Shown: positions 50,438 through 64,000, counted from the stretch's first letter. The stretch is DNA of 64,000 nt from Lama glama (GCA_028534125.1 CM052816.1:60700001-60764000), one strand, 5' to 3'. The notes: a model not told the origin generated them from the letters alone. Numbers and translations are program-made.

Positions 50438-51571
50438 TTAAAGGAGTGATTATTCCCAGCTGAGCCCACACTGGGTTTCAGAATCTGGCTGCTTGTGTAA
50501 CTGGTCTTTACAGGTCTTTACAGGTCTCTCTCTCTCTATGAACTGAGACACATAGGAGTTTCAGGTTTTCTAGATGAAGAAAATAGACACAGAAGATGGG
50601 AACACAGCAAGACGCCTGGATATTCAACTTTATAGTGTATATTAAATATCTACTGATTTTTTAAAATAGCAGATTTACACATAATAGAATCCATAATAAT
50701 TTGTTGGTTATCTAATTCAGCTTAGTCCTTCTGCCTAATGCACTGGTTTTGATCCCCAAAGAAATGGGGAGAGTCAGAAGCTGAAAGATGGATGCTCAGT
50801 GAAATAAAATCAAACCAAACCAGTCATGGGGCTTAGAGCATAAGCAACTGCTCCAGCGCCCAGGAAGAAAGGTGGAGATCAGCCCTGGACCACTTTGGAG
50901 CCTGGGCAGTTGAGGGGCTTAAAGCAGCTCCAAGGAAAAGCCAGTTGTGCCAAGTTCAAGAGTTCTCTTCCGAAACAGCAGCAGTAGAACCAATGGTAGG
51001 AAAACCGGAGAAACCTAGAGAAAGACTGAAATACTACAGCTGCTGTGATCTGAACGCCAACAGGACCATATCTCTGTACCCACAGGCTGGTCAGGCCTGG
51101 GACAGTCATGTTAAAAATATAATATACGGCAACACTAAACCCAACTGGGAGAAGTGAAAAAGCACGTTACCGACATTCCCCTCAGGGTGTTACAGAGACA
51201 GTAATCTGAAGTTCTGGCAAGCTTGGTCTAGGTGCTTCGGATTCCAAGCAGTGATGTCAGGCTCAGTGGCCAGCTAGCTGTCTGTTGATGTCAAGGGCTT
51301 CAGAATTATGCACCCCGAGAAAAATCAATTCCTATAAAGTTTTTTATACAGAGTAAGCTGCAGTAGGGTCTATATATACGATCAGTAGAACAGAGAATAT
51401 TAAAGCAGAGAGGCTTCAGTTCAGTCCTGAACCAGTGGTCGACACATATTTATTGCATTTATAATGTGCTCCCTTAACTCATTCTAGAAATACTTCCTAA
51501 GTGCCTCTTTGCTTCAGGAATGGTGCTGGACACTGAGAGCCACTGAAATACAACAGACTGTGGACAGGTGC

Positions 51572-51712
51572 TCTAGAGCTGCTCTCTTCAGTACAGGAGC
51601 CACCCGTCTCATGACCACTGCAATTCATCTCCTCTGTCGCATTTGCACATTTCAAGTACTTAATGGCCGTGTGTGGCTAATGGCTGCCATCTTGGAGAGC
51701 ATGGATACAAGA
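51572..51712. mobile_element. MER3-like hAT-Charlie
   Basis: gcacatttcaagtacttaatggccgtgtgtggctaatggctgccatcttgga. Confidence 0.75.
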
Positions 51713-52399
51713 CACAAGGTAACAGAGGGGAGTTTCCCATTGTCTGTCCTCCCAAGTCCCAGTGCTGAGCTTTTCCTTGCCTACTTCCATCTCCCTCAAG
51801 GGATCAAACCCTTCCTCCTTTCTAGGCTGATGTTGTCATGAGAGTCCTGGACCACAGCATTGCCAGAAGGTGTCTATGGAGAACACTCTGTCTGGGTCTC
51901 AGAAAAACCTTGAGGCAGAGGCAGGCCTCCATCAGCTGAGAGGACCATGGGCAACATGTCACATTCTCTTTCTAATTCCACCGTTAAGGCATACACTCTG
52001 GGTATGGTATAAAGCCCCTAGACTTCCCCTTTGGATTCTCAAAAACTCTATTTTGGAGATGAAGGGAAAAAAAGAGAAAACTGGCACATTAACAGTTTCT
52101 TGCTTTTTCTTATTCCTGTTTTTCTCCCTGAGGTGATGTAGATGCCTCTGCCCGAGAGGAGGAAAGTCACTTGCAAGGACAAGAGGAAAACAAAACCACA
52201 AAGATTAATATTTCAAGATACTATCTTGCTATATCAAAATAAGAGAAAACATGATTCTTGCCTCTAAGCTGCCTATAGAACCGAGGAAACATGAAAAATG
52301 GGGAAATTCATGAAAAGTTAATAACCATAAAGAGTAAAGTAACAATATTAAATAGAAAGGAAAAAGATGCCACCCAGATCTACAAGATTAATAGCTCAG

Positions 52400-52980
52400 T
52401 GCTGGTACAGACCCTAAGTGTGACTTGTCACTGAAAGGTGGGGTCTAAGCTGCAAAGATTTAGGTAGGTAGAGTAGGGAAGGCATAGAACTGCAGGTGGG
52501 GAAACATGATAAGCAGATGTGTGAATGTGGAGCACAAGTGCTGTTGAAGGCACAAAGAAGGTGGGAGTTTATCCTGCAGAGAGAGGGGAACTAAGGCTGC
52601 AAGGGTAGGCAGGGGAACACCATGGTAGACCCTGACCATCAGGCTGAAGGATTTGGTCCTTATCCCTTAGTGGGATGGGGATGTCACTGACGATTTGAAT
52701 AGGGAAGTGATACAGCTAAGGCAGAGTCACGATGAAGTATCTGACACTGGACCCCAGCAGTGATAATCTGCAGGTTCAGAAGCCAGGTGGGCTGGAGACT
52801 GGAGAGTGGTCAGGAGGCTACTGCAGGGGTGTAGGCACAAGTTGCAGGACTGGAACACGGTGAGGAGCAGTGGAATAAAAAGGGTGCAAGGAGTGAGTAG
52901 CATGTTGAAGGGAGATCAACAGAGCTTTGATTTTTGGAGCTGAGGGAGGGAGAGAAGTCAAATATGCTATTAACTTGGGC
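52400..52980 (-). mobile_element. L2 fragments
   Basis: caggctgaaggatttggtccttatcc..ggagactggagagtggtcaggaggctactgcagg. Confidence 0.65.
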
Positions 52981-54942
52981 AGATTACTTAGCATCTATAA
53001 AACAGTGATAATAGCTATGTTTTACAGGTTTGCCATGTGAATTAATAAAAAGACCTTTGTAAAATGCAAGAAGTCTCTGGCATACAAATGCAATTGAAAT
53101 CCACTGTTTGGAACCCAGATGGCCCAGAGCTGCCCTCTGCATTCCAGCAGTCAGGGCCCCAGGCCAGCAGACCCAGCTGCAGGGCAAGACCAGCGGACCC
53201 TCTTTCCTTCTGGTCCCAGAGTCGTCAGGCCTGGCCCGCAGACACACAGTTCTGAATTCCTCTTGCTCAAACAGGTTTATGTCTTCTTAGCCCAACCCTC
53301 AGTGATGGTGTCAGGCCAGAACCCACTGAAACATAATAAAATTCACCAGAACATACTGGGTCCCTGTGCTCTATTTTCAAGCACATGCCAAGTTTCAGGG
53401 CTCTTCTGAGGCCTCTCCCCTTACAAATAAAAAACCAGCTCCAAAGCCTGATGTGCTTTTGTCTTTTATTGTCTCGAACACCTAGTCTCATCCTGTAAAC
53501 CACCTCACCGCCTGCTTCCCCGTTGTTTCTAATCATTCCTAATAAAACGGCGCTTGTATTTCCACATAGTCCGCAAAACCTTGTTCAGCACAAAGTACTG
53601 CAGCACATGCCTTAGATTTACAAGGAGAAATAGAAATAGGTGCTGTTATACCGTTAGCTATCATTTTCTAAAAAGTAAAACAAAAAAAGAGCAAGAAAAT
53701 AAGAAAAAATGAGTAGGAAAAATTTTTCTTCTGTTTATGTTGAATACTAGTACATGAGGAAAAGCTGGCTAAATTAGTGGACATTAAAGGGGTGGACAGA
53801 GATTTCCGCAAGAATTTTGAAGGGAATCTGAGCACTTTCAAGTAGTCCATAAGTTAAAGGTCCTGAGTCTTTATTATGTTTAATGTAAAATCTCTGACCC
53901 TCCCTTTTACTTCAAACACACACACACATATATATCAGCAAGCTGTGAGGATTAGATATGTGTGTGCACACGTGCAGGTGTACAGACATACATATATGAA
54001 TGTACATACTCATAAAATATACACAGGAAAGGAAAAAGATGGTAACACATCAAAAGAAAGATTTTTTTCCCGAGGGACCTCTAAATAAGGGAAAAAGGGG
54101 AAAGAAGTTTAAAAAAGAGCATATGTATATAGAAGAAGGAATGAATTGATCTGTGAATAGCAAAAGCAGAAAAGAAAAAGGAAAGAAGGTAAAGACATAA
54201 GTCTGGCACCTCTGGTGTGTGGTGGTGGTGGTGTAATGAACAAGAACCCAATGCAGAGGCCATGCAGCTGAGCAGTGGCAAGAGGAAAGTCAGTGTCTGA
54301 CTAATCATACAAATGTTCAAGGTCTGAATTGGTAGCTTAGAGAGTGTCTCTATTCTGGAAACAAGAGTCAACACAAATTGAAAGTTGGATTATAAATAAT
54401 GGTACTTTCTTCCAAGGGACATAGTATCTCTTACTGCTCTGGTTAGACAGGAAGTACCACTGAGGCACCGACCAGAGCACCATGCCCAGATTTCCTTATT
54501 GCCCTGGCCCCATCAAAATATTTCTGTCTGCTGCTCTCTCCTTTCAGAAAACCATTCTAAATGATGGTCTGCTCAGTTTATCTATACATATCTGAATGGG
54601 AATGCTAGTAAGTTAATTTGCAATTTCTAGATGATTGTAGATGATTTTCTAGAAATAATCATTTGGGCTCCAAAGGTCTCTTGGCCAAGCTGACAGGTCT
54701 GTAGGGAAGACCAGTTTGGATAAGAGAGTTTCTTTTGGCACAACTTCTTAAGCCAGGCCGTATAGAACTTTGACTCAGCCTGAACAGAGGAGGCAGGGAG
54801 AGAAGGTTCCTTTTACCTTCCATAGCCCATTGCCAAGGGACAGGGCCTGAAAACTGAGAGAGGTCCAGGGAGCTGGAGCTATTCTGCCCTTTTCTATTTA
54901 ATTCTCAGAGAACCCAACCAAGACTGCTGGCAGCTCTTGGAT

Positions 54943-55054
54943 GAGGGTGACCAACTGTCCTCGTTTGTTTAGATCTGGGCAGCCCCACGGACATGGAGCT
55001 CTCAGTACTAAAACCAGGAGAACCCTAGGCAAACTCAGTCAGCTGGTCACACTA
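54943..55054. mobile_element. MER81 hAT-Blackjack MITE
   Basis: TIRs agggtgaccaac / gctggtcacacta; internal tcagtactaaaaccagga. Confidence 0.8.
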
Positions 55055-56399
55055 TTCCTTCTCAGCAAGGTCAGGCACTGACTTGAGTGAGGAATACCAG
55101 GAACAGATATCGATCTACCATCTGAACCCCAGGTAGCTCTTTAGTAAAGAAGTGGTAGGGCTCAATATACGTACGATCAAGTCTTTAACATTTCCCAATG
55201 TCCTCTCCCCTCCCCGGACATGTCTATAGTAACAGCAAAGGTCCGTTCTGTTGTTTGGTATCATCAGCCCAAGTTAAACAGGCAAATTCAAAATTATTGG
55301 CAGTCACAAAGCATCCCAAGCAATTGAATGCAGAATCTACAGCCCCTACAAGTTCCAAGTCTCTGTGGTTAGTTACCGCACTAATGGTCTGGGTTTATAA
55401 AGTCTGAGGCTGGCCTTGGGAAAAATCATAAGGTACCCATTTCAGGTGTCTCAAGTCCATTATGACTGTCTCTCAGACAGGACTGGAGTACTTCACCCCC
55501 CTTCTGCCTCACAGTTAAACCTGTGCCCAGGGAACGAATACCAGCAACTTACTCATTAGTGTGAATGAAGTGGTATCTCCCCCAGGCTGAGTTAAATTGT
55601 TAATTCTTATCTTTAATTATATTCTTTCATTCCTTCTACTAATAAATATTCACTGAGAGTGGGAATACCAGAAGTGAAAAAGACACAGAGCCTGCCCCCA
55701 GTGAACTTACAAACCCTGGCCTCCATTAATTGCAGGCATCAGTTTTCCAGCAAGAAACGAGCAGTTCCTGGTGGAGGTGGCTTTCCTCAGTGCCCCTGAG
55801 AGAGAAGCTCTTAGGTCGGCACTGAGACAGGTTGTTGTGTCAGGGAGAGAGGGTTCCAAACACACTGGAGAAATTAATAAGGATACCAAAGCTTAAAGCT
55901 GAAAGTCTCAGAGTCTTGTCTTACTTCTGTTTTATATGTGTTCTGAACTGAATGATGATGTGAAGAACAAAGGGGAGGGAGACTGGGGGATTGACTCCAC
56001 AAAAGTCTGGACAAGGAATAAAATGAAAAAGGAGAAAATTTTAAATAGAGAAACATAAAATCTTGATTGTGCTCCAAAAAATTATTTGATTTCAGGACTA
56101 TATTAAAATCTCCCCAACCCCCACAAAGAAACCATTTTATGTACAATAATAGAGCCACCTTAATGTCTGAGGCAGAGAGTGGGTGAGTAAATATGGTACA
56201 TCTTACTATGGAACTTAATGTGGCTATTTTAAAGTACAATTATAAAAATATACAGCGACTTGGGAAAATGTTAATATGCTAGCCTTTAAATTCAGGATAT
56301 GAAAAATTGTCTAAGTTATGTTGAAAACTATATAAAACTTACATAAGCTTATGAGCAAGGAGTAGAGAGGAACTTGGACAATTGAAATCATTGGAACAC

Positions 56400-56846
56400 T
56401 AGCAATAAAAAAAGAATGAAATAATGCCATTTGCAGCAACATAGATGAACCTAGAGATTATCATACTAAGTGAAATTAAGTCAGAGAAAAACAAATGTAT
56501 GATATCATTTATATGTGGAATCTAAAAAAAAAAATGACACAAATGAAGCAGAAACAGACTCACAGACACAGAAAACAAACCTATGGTTACCAGGGAGGAA
56601 AGGTGGGGAGAGGTAAATTAGGATTTTGAGATTTTCAGATACAAACTACTATATATAAAATAGATAAACAACAAGTCCCTACTGTATAGCACAGGGAACT
56701 AGAATCAATAGCTTGTAAATACCTATAATGAAAAAGAATATTAAAAATATATATATATGCATAACTGAATCACTATGTTGTACACCAGAAACTAACATGA
56801 CATTGTAAATCAACTATACTTCAATTTAAAAATATAAGAAAAAAAA
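56400..56846 (+). mobile_element. Artiodactyl/camelid L1 3' end
   Basis: aaaagaatgaaataatgccatttgcagcaacat..gagattatcatactaagtga..aactgaatcactatgttgtacaccagaaactaac..tatacttcaat. Confidence 0.93.
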
Positions 56847-56959
56847 TTGTCAATGTGGGCCTAGTAAGATTCTAGGTCACATTTCATTTCCATCTATCTT
56901 TTCAAATATTGCTTGTACAACAAACATTACAAGGAATCAATTGGACAGGTGAGGATGGA

Positions 56960-57595
56960 GGAAAACAAATGCTTGTTTGCAAAACACCTGGTGATTTGAT
57001 TGACTGCAAGTTCAGAATAAGCCAAATGACATTGTTATGAGACTACTTTTTAAAAAACTTATGAAATCAGACTTTATTAATGGAAATACAATCCAGATCC
57101 AGCAGAAACATAAGTTTCAGCATACTGTGCATTAATCTGACCACATCTGGAATATTCTTTTTGGCTCTGGATGACACATTTTAGAAAAGACATGGATAGA
57201 CTACAGTAAAAGAAGTCAACTAGAAGATCTGGAAAGATCCGAAAAGAACAATACATGACAAATGGTTTTAGAAGCTTTGCAATTCTAACACAGAAAAGAT
57301 GAGACTCAGAGTGGGTGCATCTGAAGGATTGTTACTATGAAAATTGTCTCAGGTTTTTTTATAAGTTTAGAGAGCAGAATTAGAATCAAAAGATAGAAAC
57401 TTCAGCATAGCAGTTTCCTGGCTAAAATTAAGGACAAATTTTCTAATGAGAACTGGCCAATAATGCAATGAACTATTTCAAAAGGTAGTGAACTTCTCAT
57501 TGTGGAAAGTATTTACATAAAGACAAGGTGCTGACATCTGTTGGGAGATTGTTCTGAATGGTACCTAAAGACCCACTGAATCCTTAGATGCTATG
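56960..57595 (+). mobile_element. L3/CR1 LINE fragment
   Basis: tgactgcaagttcagaataagcca..tctgaccacatctggaatatt..cacattttagaaaagacatggatagact..aggtagtgaacttctcattgtggaaagtatt. Confidence 0.7.
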
Positions 57596-57939
57596 TTTTT
57601 GTCAAACTTGAGAATGAGAGAAATTCTGTTGTTTCTACAACTCTTCAGGTATAGACATGAGACAGGTCAAGTCTTCCCTTCCACATCCTCATCCAATTTA
57701 AAGACATAAAATGTAATTAGGCTGAAGCCGGATGAGAAGAAACAGATTTTGTCAGTTCCCTTTGGATTGTGTGGGTGTATCCTCAGATTCTACTTTAAAA
57801 TTCCATTGCTCAGCACCCATTTGAGTACTCTTAACCTAATTACTTTTGGCCACACTGTAATTATATTCTTGACCTTCGGTCTAATCACTGAGGAAACAGT
57901 TAAAATAAGTAACTTGTATGAAGCATCCTGTGTGACCCC

Positions 57940-58110
57940 AGCACCACATTAGGCATATTATATACATAATTTAATCAAGTTCTCCAACCTTATGAGGAAA
58001 GAATTATCATCCTGAGTTTATAGTTAAGCAAACGCATCCAAGTTCCCATAGCAAGAACCAGAGCTGGACTTCAAAGCCTGAGTCTGGGGTATTCTAAGGC
58101 TCTGCTTGAG
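57940..58110 (-). mobile_element. MIR SINE
   Basis: caaccttatgagg..attatcatcc..ccagagctggacttcaaa. Confidence 0.55.
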
Positions 58111-58315
58111 CTCTCCCCAAATCAGACCACTGTGAGACTGAAATTCACCCATAAGCAACTACTACTCCACCTCTGTGTAAGATTCTGCCTCTGTATTCTG
58201 CTTGTTTTGTTTTTGGAAACTGAGCTCATTCCCACAAGAGGACGGAAAGCTGCTTGTTCTTTCAATGAGAATGTTTAAGCCGGTAACTGGCTTCTGGGGT
58301 TACTGGCTTCACAGC

Positions 58316-58727
58316 TGTGGGAGAAAGAATTATGGCCCCAAAGACGTCCATGTGGCATGGCAAAAGGGACTTCTCTGATGTAATTAGGTTTAAAAGTTTG
58401 AGACAGATTGTCCTGGATGTCCTAGTAAAGCCAGTGTAATCAAAGGCCCTTATAAAAAGGAGCCAGGAGGGTCAGAGAAGGACAAGTGATGATGGAGTCA
58501 GAGGAAAGAGAGAGTGACTGAAGATGCTACGTGGCTGGCCTTAAAGATGGATGAGGGACCATGAGTCTCTAGAAGCTGGAAAAGGTAAAATTACAGCTTC
58601 TCTCAAAGAACTTAGCTTGCTGATACCTTGATTTTAGGACTGCTTTACTTCCAGAAATAAGATAATACATTAGTGTTGTTTTAAGCCTCTGGGTTTGTGG
58701 TAACTTGTTACAGCAACACAGGGAACC
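58316..58727 (+). mobile_element. MaLR solo LTR (MLT1D-like)
   Basis: tatggccccaaagacgtccatgt..catggcaaaagggactt..tctagaagctggaaaagg..gtggtaacttgttacagca; TSD acagc (58311-15 / 58728-32). Confidence 0.88.
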
Positions 58728-58889
58728 ACAGCCTTAAATATTCCTTCTATTTGAATAAAGAGAAACGATCACATTGAAGAACATCTTGACAGCTGTAGAG
58801 AGGCCAGGAACCTCTTTCCGTTTCTTTTCAGTCCTGCCTGCCCAGGAGAGAACCAAGATGACTGTGAGTGTCCCTGGCAGACCTACGAC

Positions 58890-59010
58890 CCAGGAGGGAA
58901 AGAGGAGGAGGGAGAGGGGAAGGGAGAGAGGGGGAAAGCAAGGAGGGAAGTGGGGTCAAGAGGAAAGGATGCTAAAAGAGTAAAACTGCAGAGGAGAGAG
59001 AAAGAATAAC
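58890..59010. repeat. GA-rich low-complexity tract
   Basis: ggagggaaagaggaggagggagaggggaagggagagaggggg. Confidence 0.75.
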
Positions 59011-59264
59011 GTACAGAGGATAATGAGCTGCACCTTACCACTAAATTTTGTTCCACCTAGAACGACATATTTCTAAGTAGTCTATTCCTGAGTGAATTTA
59101 CCATGTTGATGATAACAGGTACTGTATTAATACAAAGAGCAGCAACCTGATTCAAGTTGTGAGAATGATTTTCACTTGTTTCTAAACCTCTCGGATTCAC
59201 TCCAGCATTACTCTCTGTCCACATGCACAACCTACGGGAGAGGTGGTGAGAAAGCCACACTGTG

Positions 59265-59415
59265 GGCAGGGATCACCTATACTTAATAGCTGGTGATGAC
59301 CTGTAATGAAAACGAATACGAAAAAGGATATATACGTATGTATAACTGAATCACTATGCCATACACCAGAAACTAACACGACGCTGTAAATCAATTTTAC
59401 TTCAATTTAAAAAAT
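59265..59415 (+). mobile_element. Artiodactyl/camelid L1 3' end (short)
   Basis: acctgtaatgaaaacgaatacgaaaaagga..tataactgaatcactatgccatacaccagaaactaacac. Confidence 0.88.
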
Positions 59416-60439
59416 TAATACATTAATTTTTAAAAAGGTAAGCATTACCCCTAGCTCACGGCCCACCCAAGTGAAGGGCACTGCCATCCTGCCCTGCTCC
59501 TTTGCAAGAAGCAGCACTCAAGCTGTCAGCCTGGTAGCAAGTCCCTGATTCTAACCTTCCTCAGTTTTCCAAACAACAGCCACAAAGTGTGGGCCCTAGA
59601 GGACCCCTCCACCACCGCCAGGGTGATGATATGTGTGCTCACGGGACTGCAGGTAATTCTAACCCTACCAAACCAGATGGATTTGTCCTTAAATGTTCTG
59701 TAATATTAGGAACTTTTGTCTTTCTGCAAGGTTTGCCTCATTTATCTAAACCAAACCATAACCTGATTTGAGCTGACATACCCAGAATCTATACAAAATG
59801 CTGTATTTGATTTAGCATGATCGCTGCCTGTAAAACTAGCTAAGGAACCTTTGGGATTCTAAGAAACCATGGAAGCTTACTATCTGTGGGGTCCTGGTAG
59901 ATTTATTTTTAGGTAAATGCTTCTTAAAGATTCTTTAGTATACTGCATTGACAGAAGTCAGCACAGCATTCGGCTGTGTGGCTTCAAGTAAATTACTTCC
60001 CTTCTCTGTGCCCCAGTTTCCTCTCCTAGGGTTCAGCTTGAGCTGGGACTCTTTGAGTCTAAGGAAATGCAAACTGCTTTATTCCTGTTTGTATTTCAGT
60101 AACATTCTCCCTGGTCCCTTTATTAAATGGTACATTTTTCTAAGTCATTTTGTACTAAAAGCTCACTTTAATGCCAGGAAATATATCTTCTCTAAATACA
60201 AAATTCAGTTGTTCCTCTGCTCTCCTTCATCTATTCTCCATTTAAAATGGATTCATCATCTCTGTAAACCCCAAAGTCATCCATTGTGATCTTTTGCATG
60301 GTTGCTTTGAATGCAGGAGAAAAAAAAAAAAAAGATTCAGAGCAGAGTAACTGGAGAACCAGCCCCTAACAATCAATAATAACAATAATGTATCTCCATG
60401 TCTTGACTGAGCTCCTCCTATAAAAATTAGTCCTTCAGT

Positions 60440-60600
60440 TCTTTCCTTCATGAATACTTAGTGAGAACCTGCAATGCATCAGGCCCTGTTCTAGGCACTT
60501 GGGAGGCAACAATAAACAACGGAAAAGTTTCTGACTTGAAGGAAGTTAGCTGCTAGTGAAGGAAGACATACATACTGAGCAATAAGCACGAATCAGAAAA
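60440..60600 (-). mobile_element. L2 3' fragment
   Basis: ttccttcatgaatacttagtgagaacct..caggccctgttctaggcacttggg. Confidence 0.65.
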
Positions 60601-62893
60601 ATAACTCTGGGTGAAGGGGTAGAGAGCGCTGAGGTAGGCAGAGGTGGGCAGCCATTTCGCTCTGTTGGGCAGGGCTGTGAGCAATGGCAGGAATCAGAAA
60701 ATATCATCCCTGTGATGAAAAGTTTACAGTTTAGATCAAAAGATCGAACACCACAGGATGACATTCAAGGGACCAAATAAGATAGTTTATGTATTTGAGC
60801 TAAATTCAAAAAGGCTTTGGGATACACTGGGCAATTAAAGAAATTGGGAGGGAAGAGAAAGATACAGAACAGAATTCCCACCAGAAGGTCCCTTGGATCC
60901 ACTGTGTGGATCAGAAACAGGGGTGCAGTAAAACAGAGGAGCTGCTCCCCTGCCAGCTCCCCTGGTACAGGAGCCCTGCCATGGACAAGGGAGCCTATGT
61001 TCCTTTCTGAGCCGGGACCCACATCTCTGAGTCGCGTTCCTACAAGGAAAGCCTGATGTCTGCTTTCCTCTTCCCTAGCACACCTCACCCCAACTCTCCC
61101 CAAGGACCACGGGGAGGGTTGATGAGGTAATGTCTCCAAAGGGGTGAGTTAGTGCTCTGATAGCTCTGTCAGTAAAATGCAAATTATAACCAGGTGAAGT
61201 CACAGTCTAGAATGGAAATCCTGAAGCTCAAATATTCTAAACATAACACTGAATACATAATCTCGCCCTAACCAGATAGCCGAGAGTATATATGATGTGG
61301 CAGGTTTTCCTGTTTCTCCTGACCACTGGGAACACTAACCTTTGGCTGGTAGTAAGTGGGTTTGGGGATGCAATGTGGAAAAAGCACAAGTGACTTTCTG
61401 TGAGCCATGGAGCAGAGTTCCAAAGTAAATCAGGACACACATATATCAGGCATGCTCACTTCCTTGGCTCTGTGTTTGGCCAGATGATGTCAATACTTAG
61501 TGTGCCGCCCTTCTAGTTCCAGCTGGCAAGCGGCGCCTGCTCAAGTTATAGGATTTGAAGGACTGAAAGAAGCAGCATGACCCAGAGGATGAAGTACAGG
61601 ACAGTGAGATAGAAAAACATCACTTTCAACAGGCTCCACAAATCAGCTTATCCTAAAACTTCAATTCATCATCTAAGTGAAAGCCTCTTGTAGAACTGTG
61701 AGGGGTCTGATTAGCAGACACTTTCAAAATACATGTCAGATATGAAATTCTATGGCGCTCCTGAAGGACAATCATATTACATGCCTTAATTCTCCTTTGT
61801 GAAGGTGTTGCAGCTGCTGTTGAAAGTGACAGGCTTCAGCATGGAAAACTGACCAAAGATATGTGTGTGTATTCTTTTCTGATAATATATCTCATATTTT
61901 TAAATTTAGGATATGCAAAAATACATATAAAAGTAAATTAGTATCACCCATAATCCCACTGCTCTGAGATCATCATAGAAATAATTTGGAAACTAGCCTT
62001 CCATATTCTTGAAAAGCACACATGTTTTTAGTAAACTTAGGATCTTATTTCCTATGTTTCATAACTGGCTTTTTTAAAAAATAATTTTCACTCAGAATAG
62101 AAATTATATGTGATGTGACTGATTCCTTGAAAGGCAGGTCAAAGTTCGACCTTCTCAAATATGTTTTCTAATGTTCATTTAATGAATGCCAAGGAGAAGC
62201 AATGAAAGTCCCAAGTCCCAGTACACAGGGAGTGGCTCTACCATAGGACTTTCTTCTGTATAGCCTGAGACTGAACCAATGAAGAGGACGTGGCGTTGGA
62301 GTGATGGACGTCAACGAGTCTCTGCTCTTTTGTGGGTGGTTCAGTGAGGTTTTCCATAACACCTGCTCCTTTCATATACTTACTGGATTTTCTAATTGGG
62401 CTGCATAGGGACTGAACTGACCCCAAGAAGACATAGGTCTCTGATTGCAGGTAACAATAACCTACATGTAGGCATTTCTTTCTCAATCAAAGCAGTTCAC
62501 AGATATTTACTAATTTCTATTTCAACCTAATTTATTTTCCAACATGCTATGGAACTTGTGAGGTGAAGTGGGTGAAAGCTATTTTAACTCTTATTTTACA
62601 AATTATGAAAGAATGGCAAAAAATGTACAGAACTTGTCCAGAGCCATTAAATAAGCCGATTAGTAGTCTCTTAATACGAATTCAGCTCCCCAGTTACTGC
62701 ACTAATTCTTTTAGCTCCTAGGTAACGCTAAAGACTAATTCTTTAATGAAAGTGTTCTTGTTCTAAATAATATATTTTCTGAATTTTTTTCCTTCCCTGA
62801 CTTGAATTTTCATGAATATTTAAAATGATGAATTTTTTTTAAGAGTTCATCAGTTTCTGCTCCATACACCTCACTGCAGGCATAATGTTCTTT

Positions 62894-62967
62894 ATTATTA
62901 TTATTATTATTATTGAAGTACAATCAGTTACAATGTGTCAGTCTCTGGTGTACAGCATAATGTCCCA
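62894..62967 (-). mobile_element. Truncated camelid L1 3' end with (TAA)n tail
   Basis: attattattgaagtacaatcagttacaatgtgtcagtctctggtgtacagcataatg; TSD gcataatgttcttt (62880-93) / gcatattgttcttt (62968-81). Confidence 0.85.
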
Positions 62968-63235
62968 GCATATTGTTCTTTTAATGTTGGTCTATATATG
63001 ATTGAAGTAAGCAACATGGATATAGGGAAAATGAGCTGTTTCTTCAAGCCCTATTTCCTGTTTCCTCATCACCTCTTTTGCTCTGTCATACCCTTTCAGG
63101 TGGACCAGTTACTATGTGATGCCTCTATAAATGACTCTTATCCCAGCTAGAAATCATGGCGGGAGCTTACTGTTCCCACCTGTGGGTCACACAAGGGGAC
63201 CTGCATAGTCTCCCTGCTGAACACTATGGTCAGAG

Positions 63236-63416
63236 CAGTGTGCTGGTAAACTGGCTCTTTGTGGAGAAAAGCCTTGAACTGTAGCATTTGTCAATTTCCG
63301 TGGTGTCAATACCACCACCAAAGCTGGTTTCAAGCTACCAACTTTATGTCAGCAAGCATGGAGGTGGGATGAGATGCATGCAGGTAGCTCAGGTATAAGC
63401 CAGGGTTGGAACACTG
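63236..63416 (-). mobile_element. MER63A-like hAT-Blackjack
   Basis: cagtgtgctggtaaa..tgtagcatttgtcaatttccgtggtgt..tttcaagctaccaac..acactg. Confidence 0.8.
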
Positions 63417-63624
63417 CTGCATGGAGCCCTGTGGGGACCACGTATGCCTTTCTCCAGGGTGGCACTGGGGGAGAAGCCCTTGTAAAATCACACAGTACAG
63501 GACCCTGAGATGCCCCTTCAGCAATCTTTTGCTTAACATACATACATCCTGAGATTGTTCTGGGCTCAGGGTGAGGTCTCAGATGCCCTAAGAATAATTG
63601 CCTTTCACAGGATGGTCCTGGGTG

Positions 63625-63770
63625 AGGCTTGTACCCACAGCGTGGTCTGAGGACCCAAAGCGTTGGCCACACCTCAGAGCTTGTCAGAAATGCAGAATCT
63701 TAGGTCTTACACAGACCTATCGAATCTGAATGTGCAGTTTAACAAGATTCTCAGTTGGAGAAGCCCTCAT
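63625..63770. mobile_element. MER5A
   Basis: gagcttgtcagaaatgcagaatcttagg..cagacctatcgaatctgaat..ttaacaagattc. Confidence 0.8.
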
Positions 63771-64000
63771 CTAGTAAATTTCAGCCAATCTCAAAGCTAT
63801 GATGCAAATTAAGACCCAGGAACAACACTGGATATCCCATACTGAATTCTGTAAACATTTAACAGAATCTAAATCTGACCAGAGGCAGCAGATGAAATGA
63901 GCCCCCTAAAATGAAAATAAATATATGAGTAAACTTCTTAGGACAGGTGGATTTTAGGATCCCAAAATTGCTAAGGGGAGAAAGACTTTATTCGAGTTTG

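Noticed and set aside
50503..50527. ggtctttaca x2.5 tandem repeat, and similar short duplications near 11090, 13427 and 44852
   Set aside because: Ordinary replication slippage.
1..64000. CRISPR arrays, operons, rRNA or prokaryote-type systems
   Set aside because: The sequence is mammalian repeat-rich DNA with no repeat-spacer arrays and no long intact ORFs.

Overview
Mammalian nuclear DNA, almost certainly camelid (alpaca/llama/camel). The assignment rests on five copies of the tRNA-derived Vic-1-type SINE and on artiodactyl-type L1 3' ends. The window is AT-rich intronic or intergenic sequence dominated by interspersed repeats: L1M/L1MC/L1ME, L2, MIR, L3/CR1, MaLR LTRs, hAT and Tigger DNA-transposon fossils. 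It has a 500-N assembly gap at 39289-39788. I cannot support any protein-coding gene. The longer ORFs are decayed L1 remnants, gap artefacts or chance ORFs. The most notable observations are: (1) a perfect 48-bp inverted copy of 48585-48632 sitting inside a (TA)n microsatellite at 49238-49285; (2) a diverged ~200-bp local duplication inserted into an L2; (3) a repeat-poor, CpG-retaining promoter-like region at ~11.7-12.8 kb with candidate minus-strand exons; (4) several nested or ultra-short retro-insertions with visible target-site duplications (TSDs). I see no evidence of a new multi-gene system. Repeat subfamily names come from recalled consensus sequences, and boundaries without a TSD are approximate.
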